Positions 18,611-27,581 of a DNA stretch of 64,000 nt are shown here, one piece after another. The number at the start of each line of letters is the position of its first letter. Positions within the stretch are counted from its first letter, which is position 1. The notes under the pieces were generated by a model, which saw nothing but the letters and a program-made list of their open reading frames with translations, did not search any database and was not told where the DNA came from. The position numbers were made by a program, and so were the translations under genes. Source of the stretch: Candidatus Daviesbacteria bacterium (lineage in GTDB: Bacteria > Patescibacteriota > Microgenomatia > Daviesbacterales > UBA10151); the NCBI GenBank assembly GCA_016176335.1, contig JACOXI010000003.1:194477-258476 (forward strand). The letters are read 5' to 3'.

Positions 18611-19421
18611 TCTTTTTAGGAAGGAATGAATTCACTATTACTACTCCTAAAGTTAATATTGAGACCATAAAAGGAAAGCCATGAAAGTAAGTGTATCTGC
18701 TGGTTAGGCTGACTACTAAATCAACAATTAATCCCAAAGTAATGGCGTATAAACTTACTTTATATGATTGTCCAAAGCCAAGAGTTCGTCTGAAGATCTT
18801 ACTAAGCAACCAAATTAATGAAGCTAAGAGAAGCAGGTGGATTAATCTGAGGATATAGGCAAGGTAAAGGCCAATAAAGCTAAGTAACAATAGCATGGGT
18901 CCTACAAATTTAAGATAAGGAGAAAACTTTTGGTAAAAAGAGTTTAAAACTTCCTGATTTAATTTAAAATCTTTAATTTGAGCAAGACTATATGTTCTGC
19001 TTTCTACATCACTTTTTTTATAAACAATAGAATCTTTAGTTATCCAGGCAGCAACTTGATATTCATCAAATTTGGTTGAAGAATAAGGAGTTTTAGTATC
19101 AATCACCACCAGATTTTGACTTTTATCTCCCTCACAAGAAGAAATAAAATATGGTTCCTCAGCATTAATAGTTACTTGTCCCTTAGTAATTTTAACTTTT
19201 AAATCTTTTGGATAACAATCAATTATATCTGTAGCAAAAGTTTGTAATGCTTGGGCGGTTTCAAAAAATAATGGACTGATTAAAGTAATTAGGCGAGTAA
19301 TTGTTAGAAGTAGTATTAATAGAAAAAAGTAACTTAAATTTTTTTTAAAAGATTTTGTTAAAACAATAGAGTAAAACTCGGGTGAATAAATGCTATTTAT
19401 GACGGTTTTAAGAAAGTTCAT
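18603..19421 (-). CDS. DUF1189-like polytopic membrane protein
   Basis: Start trimmed to MNFLKTVINSIYSPEFYS (resembles DUF1189 N-terminus); several TM helices. Confidence 0.45.
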   Translation of the reverse strand: MNFLKTVINSIYSPEFYSIVLTKSFKKNLSYFFLLILLLTITRLITLISPLFFETAQALQTFATDIIDCYPKDLKVKITKGQVTINAEEPYFISSCEGDKSQNLVVIDTKTPYSSTKFDEYQVAAWITKDSIVYKKSDVESRTYSLAQIKDFKLNQEVLNSFYQKFSPYLKFVGPMLLLLSFIGLYLAYILRLIHLLLLASLIWLLSKIFRRTLGFGQSYKVSLYAITLGLIVDLVVSLTSRYTYFHGFPFMVSILTLGVVIVNSFLPKKTS

Positions 19422-19450
19422 CTTAACCTCAGGATAACATATTCCAATTC

Positions 19451-19479
19451 TTGACTTCAATTTGGTAAAAGAGTAATAT
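19451..19479 (+). promoter_or_regulatory. sigma70-like promoter upstream of nusA (TTGACT-17-TAATAT)
   Basis: Near-consensus hexamers with 17-nt spacing. Confidence 0.45.
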
Positions 19480-19506
19480 AATTGTGGTTAATAATCCAAA
19501 GGACCG

Positions 19507-19537
19507 AAAAGGTGGGCTAGTCCCACCTTTTATTTTA
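19507..19537 (+). terminator. intrinsic terminator/attenuator hairpin in nusA leader (AAAGGTGGG-CTAGT-CCCACCTTTTATTTT)
   Basis: 7-bp GC-rich stem plus U-tract about 30 nt downstream of the promoter and 80 nt upstream of nusA ATG. Confidence 0.55.
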
Positions 19538-19618
19538 GGTAACAGGGTACAGTGAGCAGGTTACATTAATCGCAAAAAAGCTGTTACCTGTAGCCTAAAA
19601 TCTGTAATATTTACTAAC

Positions 19619-20794
19619 ATGGCACAAGCACGAACAGAATTTGCAGCAGCACTTAATCAAATAGCCTCTGAAAAAGGAGTAGATCCTTCCGTGGTTACAG
19701 AAGCAATTAAAGCCGCTGCTTTGGCTGCTTATAAAAAGGATTTAATGCTTAGAAATGAGCCTGTGCCTGAAGATTTTGAAGAATTTACCTCTGAAGTAGA
19801 TCCTGCAAGCGGGGAGATCAGGATTTTTGATAAAGATAAAAATGTCACCCCGCCTGGTTTTGCCAGAATTGCAGCCTCAATTGCCAAACAAGTTATCATG
19901 CAGCGTCTTAACGAGGCAGAAAGAGATGCCATCCTCTCCGAATATGAAAACAAAGTTGGGACAGTTATTTCCGGCAGTATACAAAGACAGGAAGGAAATA
20001 CCTGTTTTGTAGATTTGGGTAGGGCAGAAGGTGTACTTCCTCCTCAAGAACAAGTTCACACGGAAATATATAGCCAAAACCAAAGGTTTAAGTTTTTAGT
20101 TAAAGAAATAATAGAAGGCGGTAGAGGTTCGGAGGTGGTTGTTTCCAGATCAGATCCTGCTTTGGTTTCTGCCCTCTTTGCGCTTGAGGTGCCGGAAATT
20201 CAATCAGGTGGTGTTGAGGTAAAAGTGATTGCGCGGGAAGCCGGGTCAAGGACAAAAATTGCGGCCGTATCAACCCAAGAGGGTGTTGATCCTGTAGGCT
20301 CTTTGGTGGGACAAAAAGGTGTCAGGGTTCAGGCTGTAATGAGTGAGCTTGGGGAAGAAAAGATTGATATTATTTCATATTCGGATGATCCGGCAAGGTT
20401 TATAGCATCCGCCCTGTCTCCTGCCAAAGAAGTTCAGGTTAAATTAAATGAAGAAAATAAAGTCGCAACAGTGACTGTCCCTCAAACCCAACTGTCTTTG
20501 GCAATTGGAAAAGGTGGACAAAATGTCCGTCTGGCTGCAAAATTGACAGGTTGGAAAATAGATATTGTGGGAGCAGAAGAGCCCTCTTTCGCCAAGGCTT
20601 CGGAGGACAAGCCTAAAGAAGTGAAAGAGGGTTTACCCTCCGAAGTCTTGACTAAGGAGGGGACCGGGGAACAAAAAGAGCAACCCCAGGTTGGATCACA
20701 AGCCCCAGTAGATGATACGAAAGCTGCTCAAGATGTTAAAGCTGATGTGGAAAAAGCAGATAAAGAAGAATCAAGCAATAAGAATAAAGAATAA
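19619..20794 (+). CDS. nusA: transcription termination/antitermination factor NusA
   Basis: NusA N-terminal domain, S1 and tandem KH domains (LAIGKGGQNVRLAAKLTGW). Confidence 0.9.
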   Translation: MAQARTEFAAALNQIASEKGVDPSVVTEAIKAAALAAYKKDLMLRNEPVPEDFEEFTSEVDPASGEIRIFDKDKNVTPPGFARIAASIAKQVIMQRLNEAERDAILSEYENKVGTVISGSIQRQEGNTCFVDLGRAEGVLPPQEQVHTEIYSQNQRFKFLVKEIIEGGRGSEVVVSRSDPALVSALFALEVPEIQSGGVEVKVIAREAGSRTKIAAVSTQEGVDPVGSLVGQKGVRVQAVMSELGEEKIDIISYSDDPARFIASALSPAKEVQVKLNEENKVATVTVPQTQLSLAIGKGGQNVRLAAKLTGWKIDIVGAEEPSFAKASEDKPKEVKEGLPSEVLTKEGTGEQKEQPQVGSQAPVDDTKAAQDVKADVEKADKEESSNKNKE

Positions 20795-20853
20795 AGCTTA
20801 TGAACATAGACTGTAAAATCCTTTATTCATAATTCTTACTGCGGAGTAAACAA

Positions 20854-22365
20854 ATGACAGAAGTAACACGTCCACCTATCGTGACAATTTTAGGCCATGT
20901 TGATCATGGTAAGACTACACTTTTGGATTTTATCCGCAAAACTAATGTAGCTTCTCGTGAACATGGTGGAATAACTCAACATATTGGAGCATATCAAATT
21001 AGTGCACAGGGTACAGGTGACAGTGGACAGAAAGACAAAAATTCACTGAAACCTGCAACCTCTAACCTAATAACCTTTATAGATACTCCAGGCCATGCGG
21101 CTTTTGAAAAAATGCGATCCAGAGGTGCCAAAGTTGCGGACATAGCAGTATTAGTTGTGGCGGCAGATGACGGGATAATGCCGCAAACAGATGAGGCTAT
21201 AAAACATATACAGGAGGCCAAAGTACCGATGATTGTGGCAGTAAACAAAATAGATATGAGTGGAATTGATGTTAAAGTTCAATTGGAAAAGATTAAAAAA
21301 CAATTATCCGACAGGAAAATTCTGGTTGAAGAATATGGTGGAGATACGCCGGTTGTGCCAATATCGGCAAAATCAGGTGAGGGTATTCCGAAGCTTTTGG
21401 AGATGATAACGCTGGTGTCAGAGCTAAACGACATAAAAGGTGATCCGCAAGAGGTTGCTTCCGGTGTTGTGATCGAGTCCAGTTTGGATAAGTTTAAAGG
21501 TCCGATTGCCACAATTTTGGTAAGAGATGGGACCTTGAGAAAAGGAGATCAAATCATGGTAGGGGGCAGTAAAGGTAAGGTAAGGGGAATGTTTGATTTT
21601 AACGGTAAGAGTTTGGAGGCTGCTGGTCCTTCAACTCCTGTTGAGGTTTTAGGTTTGGAGGGTGTGCCTGCTGTGGGGGGACTTTTAGGCAAAGAGTCAC
21701 CCTCCAAAGCTTTAGCGGAGGCGGACAAAGAGGTGAAGTCTTTGGTGGATAAATTAAGGCAGGGTGCCCCTAAAACATTAAAACTTGTTATCAAAGCAGA
21801 TAAACAAGGATCTTTGGAGGCAATTCAATCCTCTTTGGAAAAGTTTAATGAGGAAGGGGAAGTGGTGAATTTTATATTTTCCGGCACAGGCGATATTGGG
21901 GAGGAGAATATTAAGTTGGCAGCAGCTGTAGGAGCAATAGTTTTAGGGTTTAATGTAAAAATTGCCCCAAATGCGCAGAAATTAGCAGAGGCGGAGAAGG
22001 TTTTGATAAGAACCTACAATATTATCTATGAATTGATTGAGGAAATGGAAGAGGTGGTGGAAGCTCTCCTGAAGGTTGGTCAGGTGGAGGAAGTTTTTGG
22101 CAGGGCAAACATTATTGCGGAATTCCCCTTTGGCAAAGGGGAAAGAATTGCAGGATGCAGAATAATAGAGGGGGAGATAGCAAAAGGGCGTAAAATTAGG
22201 ATTGTCAGAGAAAGTGCAGTGATTGGTGAGACTAAACTGAAGTCTTTAAGAAAAGTTAAAGAAGAAGTGCAAAAGGCGGAAAAAGGAAATGATTGCGGCA
22301 TGCTGTTTGATCCGCCTGTTAATTTTCAAGTGAGTGATGTTGTGGAATCATTCAGAGTGATATAG
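20854..22365 (+). CDS. infB: translation initiation factor IF-2 (short form, 503 aa)
   Basis: [22 protein letters not shown]-domain motifs plus IF2 domain II/C-terminal; the long N-terminal region seen in E. coli-type IF2 (~890 aa) is absent. Confidence 0.95.
   Translation: MTEVTRPPIVTILGHVDHGKTTLLDFIRKTNVASREHGGITQHIGAYQISAQGTGDSGQKDKNSLKPATSNLITFIDTPGHAAFEKMRSRGAKVADIAVLVVAADDGIMPQTDEAIKHIQEAKVPMIVAVNKIDMSGIDVKVQLEKIKKQLSDRKILVEEYGGDTPVVPISAKSGEGIPKLLEMITLVSELNDIKGDPQEVASGVVIESSLDKFKGPIATILVRDGTLRKGDQIMVGGSKGKVRGMFDFNGKSLEAAGPSTPVEVLGLEGVPAVGGLLGKESPSKALAEADKEVKSLVDKLRQGAPKTLKLVIKADKQGSLEAIQSSLEKFNEEGEVVNFIFSGTGDIGEENIKLAAAVGAIVLGFNVKIAPNAQKLAEAEKVLIRTYNIIYELIEEMEEVVEALLKVGQVEEVFGRANIIAEFPFGKGERIAGCRIIEGEIAKGRKIRIVRESAVIGETKLKSLRKVKEEVQKAEKGNDCGMLFDPPVNFQVSDVVESFRVI
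21007..21030. repeat. infB copy of the 24-nt QGTGDSGQ-coding repeat (see 15332-15355)
   Basis: 24/24 identical to the dnaK copy; lies within a roughly 22-aa insertion between G2 and G3 of IF2. Confidence 0.7.
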
Positions 22366-22419
22366 CTTGCAATTATGGGATAATCATGGTAGAATCCCAA
22401 CCATACTGCCTCAATATAA

Positions 22420-23463
22420 ATGAAATACGATTCACAAATTGTTGAACTGAAAAATTTGCTCCCAACTGCCAAAAATATTTTGATTGCTCTCCCGGCGGAT
22501 GCTGATATGGACAGATTAGCTGCGGGATTGGCATTATTCTTAACTTTGGAAGCAGCAGGAAAGGAAGTTGCCATTGTCAGTGAGACAGCTGTAAAAGTTT
22601 CCCAGTCCCACCTTTTTGGGGTTGATCACATTCAGAATAACTTACCGCAAACAGAAGGTGGAAATCTGACTGTTACTTTGGAAGGCGTTGCCGCATCTGA
22701 TGGTACGGTTCCGGCTTTAGAAAAATTGGACTGGTATGCAGAAGGTAGTAATTTAAATTTGGTTTTCCATGTTCTTTCCGGCCAGACTTTCCAACCGGCC
22801 AGAATTGTCCCTCGTTACCAAGGGAGCGGTTTTGGCCTTATATTCGTTATCGGAGCAGTAAATTTGAATGTTTTAGGCAATATTTATCAGGCCAACAACC
22901 AGGTTTTTTCCGGAGTTCACACAGTAAACATTGATACACAAAGTGCCAATACCAGTTTTGGGCAAACAAATATAGTAGATACAAATGCTTCATCTGTTTC
23001 AGAGGTGATGACTAATCTGGTGGCTGATTTAGGATATAGCTTGGATGCAGATTCAGCCAGCAATTTATTGGTGGGAATTTTTGATATTACAAATAATTTA
23101 TCTAATGCAAAAGCATCTGCCGAAACATATATGGCTGTTGCACAATGTCTGCGTGTGGGGGGAAGAAAACCTGGTTTGCAAGCCTCCCAGCCCCAAGTTG
23201 CTCAACCACAAACAATTTCTCAACAACCTGCCTATGATTGGTCTGCGCTTCTTCCGAAGGAAGCGATGACTATGCCGAAAAACGAGCCTCAAGAATATAC
23301 CACTCCACCGGTTGTCTCCCCGATTGATGCAGGGGATCATGCGCCACAAGCTGCTGTACAGCCTTCACCGGAGGAGCGACCTGCAGGAGAAAGAGTAATC
23401 TCTGAAACCCCTGAACCAGATTGGCTGACCCCCAAAATCTTCAAAGGTTCATCTTTGGGGTAA
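22420..23463 (+). CDS. DHH-family (NrnA-like) phosphoesterase homolog with degenerate motifs and Pro/Gln-rich C-terminal tail
   Basis: Position after infB and N-terminal ILIALPADADMD / GVDHI resemble NrnA motifs (DxD, DHH), but with substitutions. Confidence 0.55.
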   Translation: MKYDSQIVELKNLLPTAKNILIALPADADMDRLAAGLALFLTLEAAGKEVAIVSETAVKVSQSHLFGVDHIQNNLPQTEGGNLTVTLEGVAASDGTVPALEKLDWYAEGSNLNLVFHVLSGQTFQPARIVPRYQGSGFGLIFVIGAVNLNVLGNIYQANNQVFSGVHTVNIDTQSANTSFGQTNIVDTNASSVSEVMTNLVADLGYSLDADSASNLLVGIFDITNNLSNAKASAETYMAVAQCLRVGGRKPGLQASQPQVAQPQTISQQPAYDWSALLPKEAMTMPKNEPQEYTTPPVVSPIDAGDHAPQAAVQPSPEERPAGERVISETPEPDWLTPKIFKGSSLG

Positions 23464-23556
23464 CCATTTGCATAATCATAAGATTTCTGTTAGAATACCC
23501 GCAAACTAATTTAGAGCAACGTCTTGGCACCGAGGTTGTCTCAAGAAAGGATTAAG

Positions 23557-23826
23557 ATGCCACTTGACCCAAAAGTTAAGCAGAAAATAATTAAAGAGTT
23601 TGCCACCAAGAGTGGCGATACAGGTTCTCCGGAAGTTCAAGCAGCGCTTTTAACAGAGCAGATTAAACACTTAACCTCTCATTTAAAAGAACACACACAC
23701 GACATACATTCTCGGCGTGGCCTTTTATCTATGGTTAACAAAAGAAGAAGACTGCTGCAGTACTTGTTTAAAAAGGATGCGCAAAGGTATACAATAGTTA
23801 TTGAAAAGTTAGGATTAACAAAGTAA
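23557..23826 (+). CDS. rpsO: 30S ribosomal protein S15
   Basis: [56 protein letters not shown] matches S15; start trimmed from the supplied ORF. Confidence 0.9.
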   Translation: MPLDPKVKQKIIKEFATKSGDTGSPEVQAALLTEQIKHLTSHLKEHTHDIHSRRGLLSMVNKRRRLLQYLFKKDAQRYTIVIEKLGLTK

Positions 23827-23903
23827 GAACCGTTTATGTTATAATGGTTGTGTAAGAGAGATTTGGGGATTGCAAAGAGAGAATTAGTTTATCGTTAATT
23901 GTA

Positions 23904-23937
23904 TATCGTTTATCGTCATTCAAAACGATACACGATA
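23904..23937 (+). promoter_or_regulatory. rpsO-pnp intergenic stem-loop (TATCGTTTATCGT / ACGATACACGATA, 8-nt loop)
   Basis: 13-bp imperfect inverted repeat with additional TATCGT-type repeats on both sides, about 70 nt upstream of pnp. Confidence 0.45.
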
Positions 23938-24008
23938 GACCAAGAGCCGTAAGGCGTTACGATATACGCTAGTTACCTCTTCCACAGTTTCCAAATCCTC
24001 AAAAATTA

Positions 24009-26375
24009 ATGTCAAAAATTATTGTCAAAGAAATCGATCTTAATGGTCGTAAATTACGTTTAGAAACAGGCAAGCTGGCAATGCAGGCAGATGCTGCTGT
24101 TTTGGTGTCTTGGGGTGAGACTGTAATTTTGGCAACGGTTGCCACCCAGCCTTTGGCGGAAGATTTGGGTTATTTCCCCCTGTCTGTTGAGTATGTTGAA
24201 AAACACTATGCCGGTGGAAAAATTTCTTCCTCCAGGTTTGTCAAAAGAGAAACTAAACCTACAGATGAGGCTGTTTTAACAGGTAGACTGATTGATCGCT
24301 CCATCCGCCCGCTTTTTCCCAAAGATTTCAAAAACGAGGTACAAGTAATTTTAACTGTTTTATCAATTGATCAGCTTAATGACCCTGATGTTTTAGGTTT
24401 AATTGGTGCTTCAGCTGCTTTATCTGTCTCATCTGTGCCTTGGAATGGACCACTTGCCGGTGTGCGAGTAGGCGCGCGCGAAGGATCATTGGTGGTTAAT
24501 CCCACCATGGATCAGATAGAACATCTGGAAATGGATTTAATGGTTGCTGCCGGTAAAGAAAAAATTGTCATGATAGAGACAGGAGCTAAACAAGTTGACG
24601 AACAAGTTATTTTAGCAGGAATTAAAGAAGCCCACAAACAGGCTCAGGAAATCATTGCTTTAATAGAGATATTTACCAAAGAGGCAGGTAAAACTAAACA
24701 GGAAGTGTCACATCTCGAGGAAGCTTTGGAAGAGGCTTTGCTGGTTGAGGTAACTAGCTTGACCCGCGAACGAATTGAAAAAGCCCTATTTGATAATGAA
24801 CATCCTTGGCATGAGGCAACAGGGGATGTAATTAAAAAAGAGCTAATAATTCAATATACTGAAAAATTAACTCCACAAATTATCTCCGGGATTTTTGACA
24901 AGGTGGCCAAAGAAATTTTGCATGAGACAGTACTTCAAAAAGGTCAAAGAGTGGATGGCAGGGCCATGGATGAAATCAGACCACTTAATATGGAAGTAGG
25001 ACTCTTACCCAGAACGCACGGCAGTGCCTTATTCCAAAGAGGAGATACGCAGGTTTTATCTATTGCCACATTAGGTGCCCCTTCCCTGCAGCAAACTTTG
25101 GACGGTATGGAAGGAGAAAGGCAAAAAAGATTTATGCACTATTACAATATGAGCATTAATCCGTTTTCCGTGGGAGAAGTTAAAAGATTGGGCGCTCCAA
25201 ACAGGCGCGATGTCGGGCATGGGTCCTTGGTTGAAAAAGCACTACAGCCGGTTGTTCCTTCGGAAGATAAATTCCCTTATGCCATAAGGGTAGTGTCGGA
25301 AGTTCTGGCTGCCAATGCTTCCACATCTCAAGCATCGGTTTGCAGCGCAACACTCTCACTTTTAAATGCGGGAGTACCTTTGGAAGAACCTGTAGCAGGA
25401 ATTGCCATGGGACTTTTCTCAAATGAAAAAAAAGTACAGGTGGTAACGGATATGAGGGCTGTTGAGGATTTTTACGGAGAGATGGATTTTAAGATCTCCG
25501 GGACTAAAAACGGCATTACCGCAATTCAGATGGATACAAAATTGGCAGGCTTAACCTTTGAAATCATTGACACTGCTCTGCAAATGGGTAAAAAAGCCAG
25601 ACTGGAGATTTTGGAGGCTATGCAACAAGTCATCCCTGCTGCAGGACCTTTGTCTGTTCATGCCCCGAGGGTGGAGATTTTGCATATAAAACCCGAGGAA
25701 ATTGGATTATTAATTGGAACAGGCGGAAAAACTATTAATTCGATAATTAATAAAACAGGCGCACAAATTGATATTGAAGATGATGGGACGGTAATGGTTT
25801 CTGCAGTCAAGAGTGAGGGTGTGGACCTCGCAATTGAAGCAATAAACGGAATGTTTAAAGAGATCAATGTTGGAGATGAGTTTGTCGGTAAAGTTGTCAG
25901 GTTGGCGGCGTTCGGCGCATTTGTGGAAATTGCTCCTGGAAAAGACGGATTAGTGCACATCTCCCAGATGGCTCCAGGTCATGTGGAAAGAGTGGAAGAT
26001 GTTGTATCCGAAGGTCAGGAAGTGAAAGTGAGGGTCACAGATGTGTCGCCGGAAGGAAAGATTGGTTTATCTATGCTTTTTGGAGCGGATATGAAGCCTG
26101 AATCTGAAAATCGGCCAAGATCAGGAGGCGGGTTTAGATCAGATGAGCGAAGATCGTTTAGTGACAGACCCAGATTTGGTGGGGGCGATAGACCAAGATC
26201 AGCTGGCGGAAGTTACAGATCAGGAGGATTTGGTGGAGGCGGGAGATCTTCAGGAGGGTATGGTGGAGAAAGACGAGGGGGTTTTGGTAGATCTTCAAGC
26301 GGAAGGCCAGGCGGTTTTGATAGAGGTGGAAGAGGTGGCCGCAGTGGCTCGGGCAGAGGCGGATTTGGAAGATAG
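24009..26375 (+). CDS. pnp: polyribonucleotide nucleotidyltransferase (PNPase) with about 90-aa C-terminal RGG/Gly-Arg-rich tail
   Basis: Two RNase PH domains, KH (LLIGTGGKTI) and S1 domains; C-terminus is RGG/GGF low-complexity. Confidence 0.95.
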   Translation: MSKIIVKEIDLNGRKLRLETGKLAMQADAAVLVSWGETVILATVATQPLAEDLGYFPLSVEYVEKHYAGGKISSSRFVKRETKPTDEAVLTGRLIDRSIRPLFPKDFKNEVQVILTVLSIDQLNDPDVLGLIGASAALSVSSVPWNGPLAGVRVGAREGSLVVNPTMDQIEHLEMDLMVAAGKEKIVMIETGAKQVDEQVILAGIKEAHKQAQEIIALIEIFTKEAGKTKQEVSHLEEALEEALLVEVTSLTRERIEKALFDNEHPWHEATGDVIKKELIIQYTEKLTPQIISGIFDKVAKEILHETVLQKGQRVDGRAMDEIRPLNMEVGLLPRTHGSALFQRGDTQVLSIATLGAPSLQQTLDGMEGERQKRFMHYYNMSINPFSVGEVKRLGAPNRRDVGHGSLVEKALQPVVPSEDKFPYAIRVVSEVLAANASTSQASVCSATLSLLNAGVPLEEPVAGIAMGLFSNEKKVQVVTDMRAVEDFYGEMDFKISGTKNGITAIQMDTKLAGLTFEIIDTALQMGKKARLEILEAMQQVIPAAGPLSVHAPRVEILHIKPEEIGLLIGTGGKTINSIINKTGAQIDIEDDGTVMVSAVKSEGVDLAIEAINGMFKEINVGDEFVGKVVRLAAFGAFVEIAPGKDGLVHISQMAPGHVERVEDVVSEGQEVKVRVTDVSPEGKIGLSMLFGADMKPESENRPRSGGGFRSDERRSFSDRPRFGGGDRPRSAGGSYRSGGFGGGGRSSGGYGGERRGGFGRSSSGRPGGFDRGGRGGRSGSGRGGFGR

Positions 26376-26426
26376 TTTTAACCTTTATGCTGTAGTACAA
26401 TTACTTTGGCCTAGTGGCTAGGACTT

Positions 26427-27449
26427 ATGGATTCTGCCCATTCAACTATTGAAGAGTTAAAAATTAAAATCTCACAAGCGAGTTTGCCAAAAGATGTTGA
26501 AGAAAAACTTTTAAATCTTTTGTACTTTCCGGGTACAGGTACGGAACTTGAAAAACTGGTTGCTTATATTAATTTTGTTATTGGGTTGCCTTTTGGAAAA
26601 TACAGTGAGGATATTTTGGATCTTAATAGGGCAAAGCAGATTCTGGACAGTCATCATTACGGTTTACAATCAGTTAAAGATAGAATTTTAGAGTATCTTT
26701 CTGTTTTAATTTTACACAAACAAAAAGGGAATTTGAGTTCTTTTCATGCACCGATCCTGGCGTTTATAGGTTTAGTTGGAACCGGAAAAACATCAATTTC
26801 CTACTCCATTGCCGAAAGCTTGGGTAGACCAATTATGAGGATTCCTTTTGGAGGATTAGGAGATCCTGCCAGTCTGCGGGGTCAATCCAGGGCCAGGGCA
26901 GATGCGGAGCCCAGTCAGATCATCAAAGCGATCAGGCAATCAAAGGTAGGCAATCCGGTTATTCTTTTGGATGAGATTGACAGAGTTGCAGAGGAACATA
27001 GAACTGATTTAATGGGTGTTTTGGTTGAACTGTTGGATCCTGCTCAAAATCAAGCGTTTGCGGATCATTATTTGGATTTTCCATATGATTTATCCCAAGT
27101 TTTATTTATTACAACTGCCAACAATACCACAAATATTGCCACAGCGGTTTTGGATCGGTTGGAACCGATTCAAATGCCTATCTTTTCGGACGAGGAAAAA
27201 GCCACCATCGGTCGCGATTATCTTCTACCAAAAGCAATGGAAGAAGCAGGTATAGAAAAGAGTATGTTATCCTTTGATCAAAGTATGTGGTCACAAATCA
27301 TCAGGCCTCTGGGGTATGATGGCGGGATTCGGTCTTTGGAGCGTTCTTTACAAGAAATTTGCCGCAAAGTGGCAAGGAAAATTGTGGAAGGAGAGATTGG
27401 TCCGTTTAAAATTTCTCAAGATAACCTTGGGGAATATTTGGGAGGGTAA
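26427..27449 (+). CDS. Lon-like AAA+ ATPase module without protease domain
   Basis: HHYGLQSVKDRILEYLSV..GLVGTGKTS (Walker A)..ILLDEIDRV (Walker B)..LDRLEPI aligns with the LonA ATPase domain. ORF ends after the ATPase domain and the next gene starts 130 nt later. Confidence 0.75.
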   Translation: MDSAHSTIEELKIKISQASLPKDVEEKLLNLLYFPGTGTELEKLVAYINFVIGLPFGKYSEDILDLNRAKQILDSHHYGLQSVKDRILEYLSVLILHKQKGNLSSFHAPILAFIGLVGTGKTSISYSIAESLGRPIMRIPFGGLGDPASLRGQSRARADAEPSQIIKAIRQSKVGNPVILLDEIDRVAEEHRTDLMGVLVELLDPAQNQAFADHYLDFPYDLSQVLFITTANNTTNIATAVLDRLEPIQMPIFSDEEKATIGRDYLLPKAMEEAGIEKSMLSFDQSMWSQIIRPLGYDGGIRSLERSLQEICRKVARKIVEGEIGPFKISQDNLGEYLGG

Positions 27450-27540
27450 ATTAACCTAATTGACCTAATTTCTAATTGATCTAAATAATGATTAAATGTC
27501 TTAAGTACCAATTAGAACATTTTGTCATTAAGATTTGTTT

Positions 27541-27575
27541 AGAAATTAGAAATTAGAAATTAGAAATTAGAAATT
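27541..27575. repeat. perfect tandem heptamer repeat (AGAAATT)x5 ending 6 nt before the RNase J start codon
   Basis: Read directly: agaaatt x5 then tttaatATG. Confidence 0.85.
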
Positions 27576-27581
27576 TTTAAT

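Noticed and set aside
26143-26421. Overlapping + and - ORFs (92 and 80 aa) at the pnp 3' end
   Set aside because: Generated by the GC-rich RGG-coding repeats of the PNPase tail; no independent support.
27541-27575. Tandem repeat considered as a possible CRISPR array
   Set aside because: Unit is 7 nt with no spacers; no cas genes; it is a microsatellite-type repeat.
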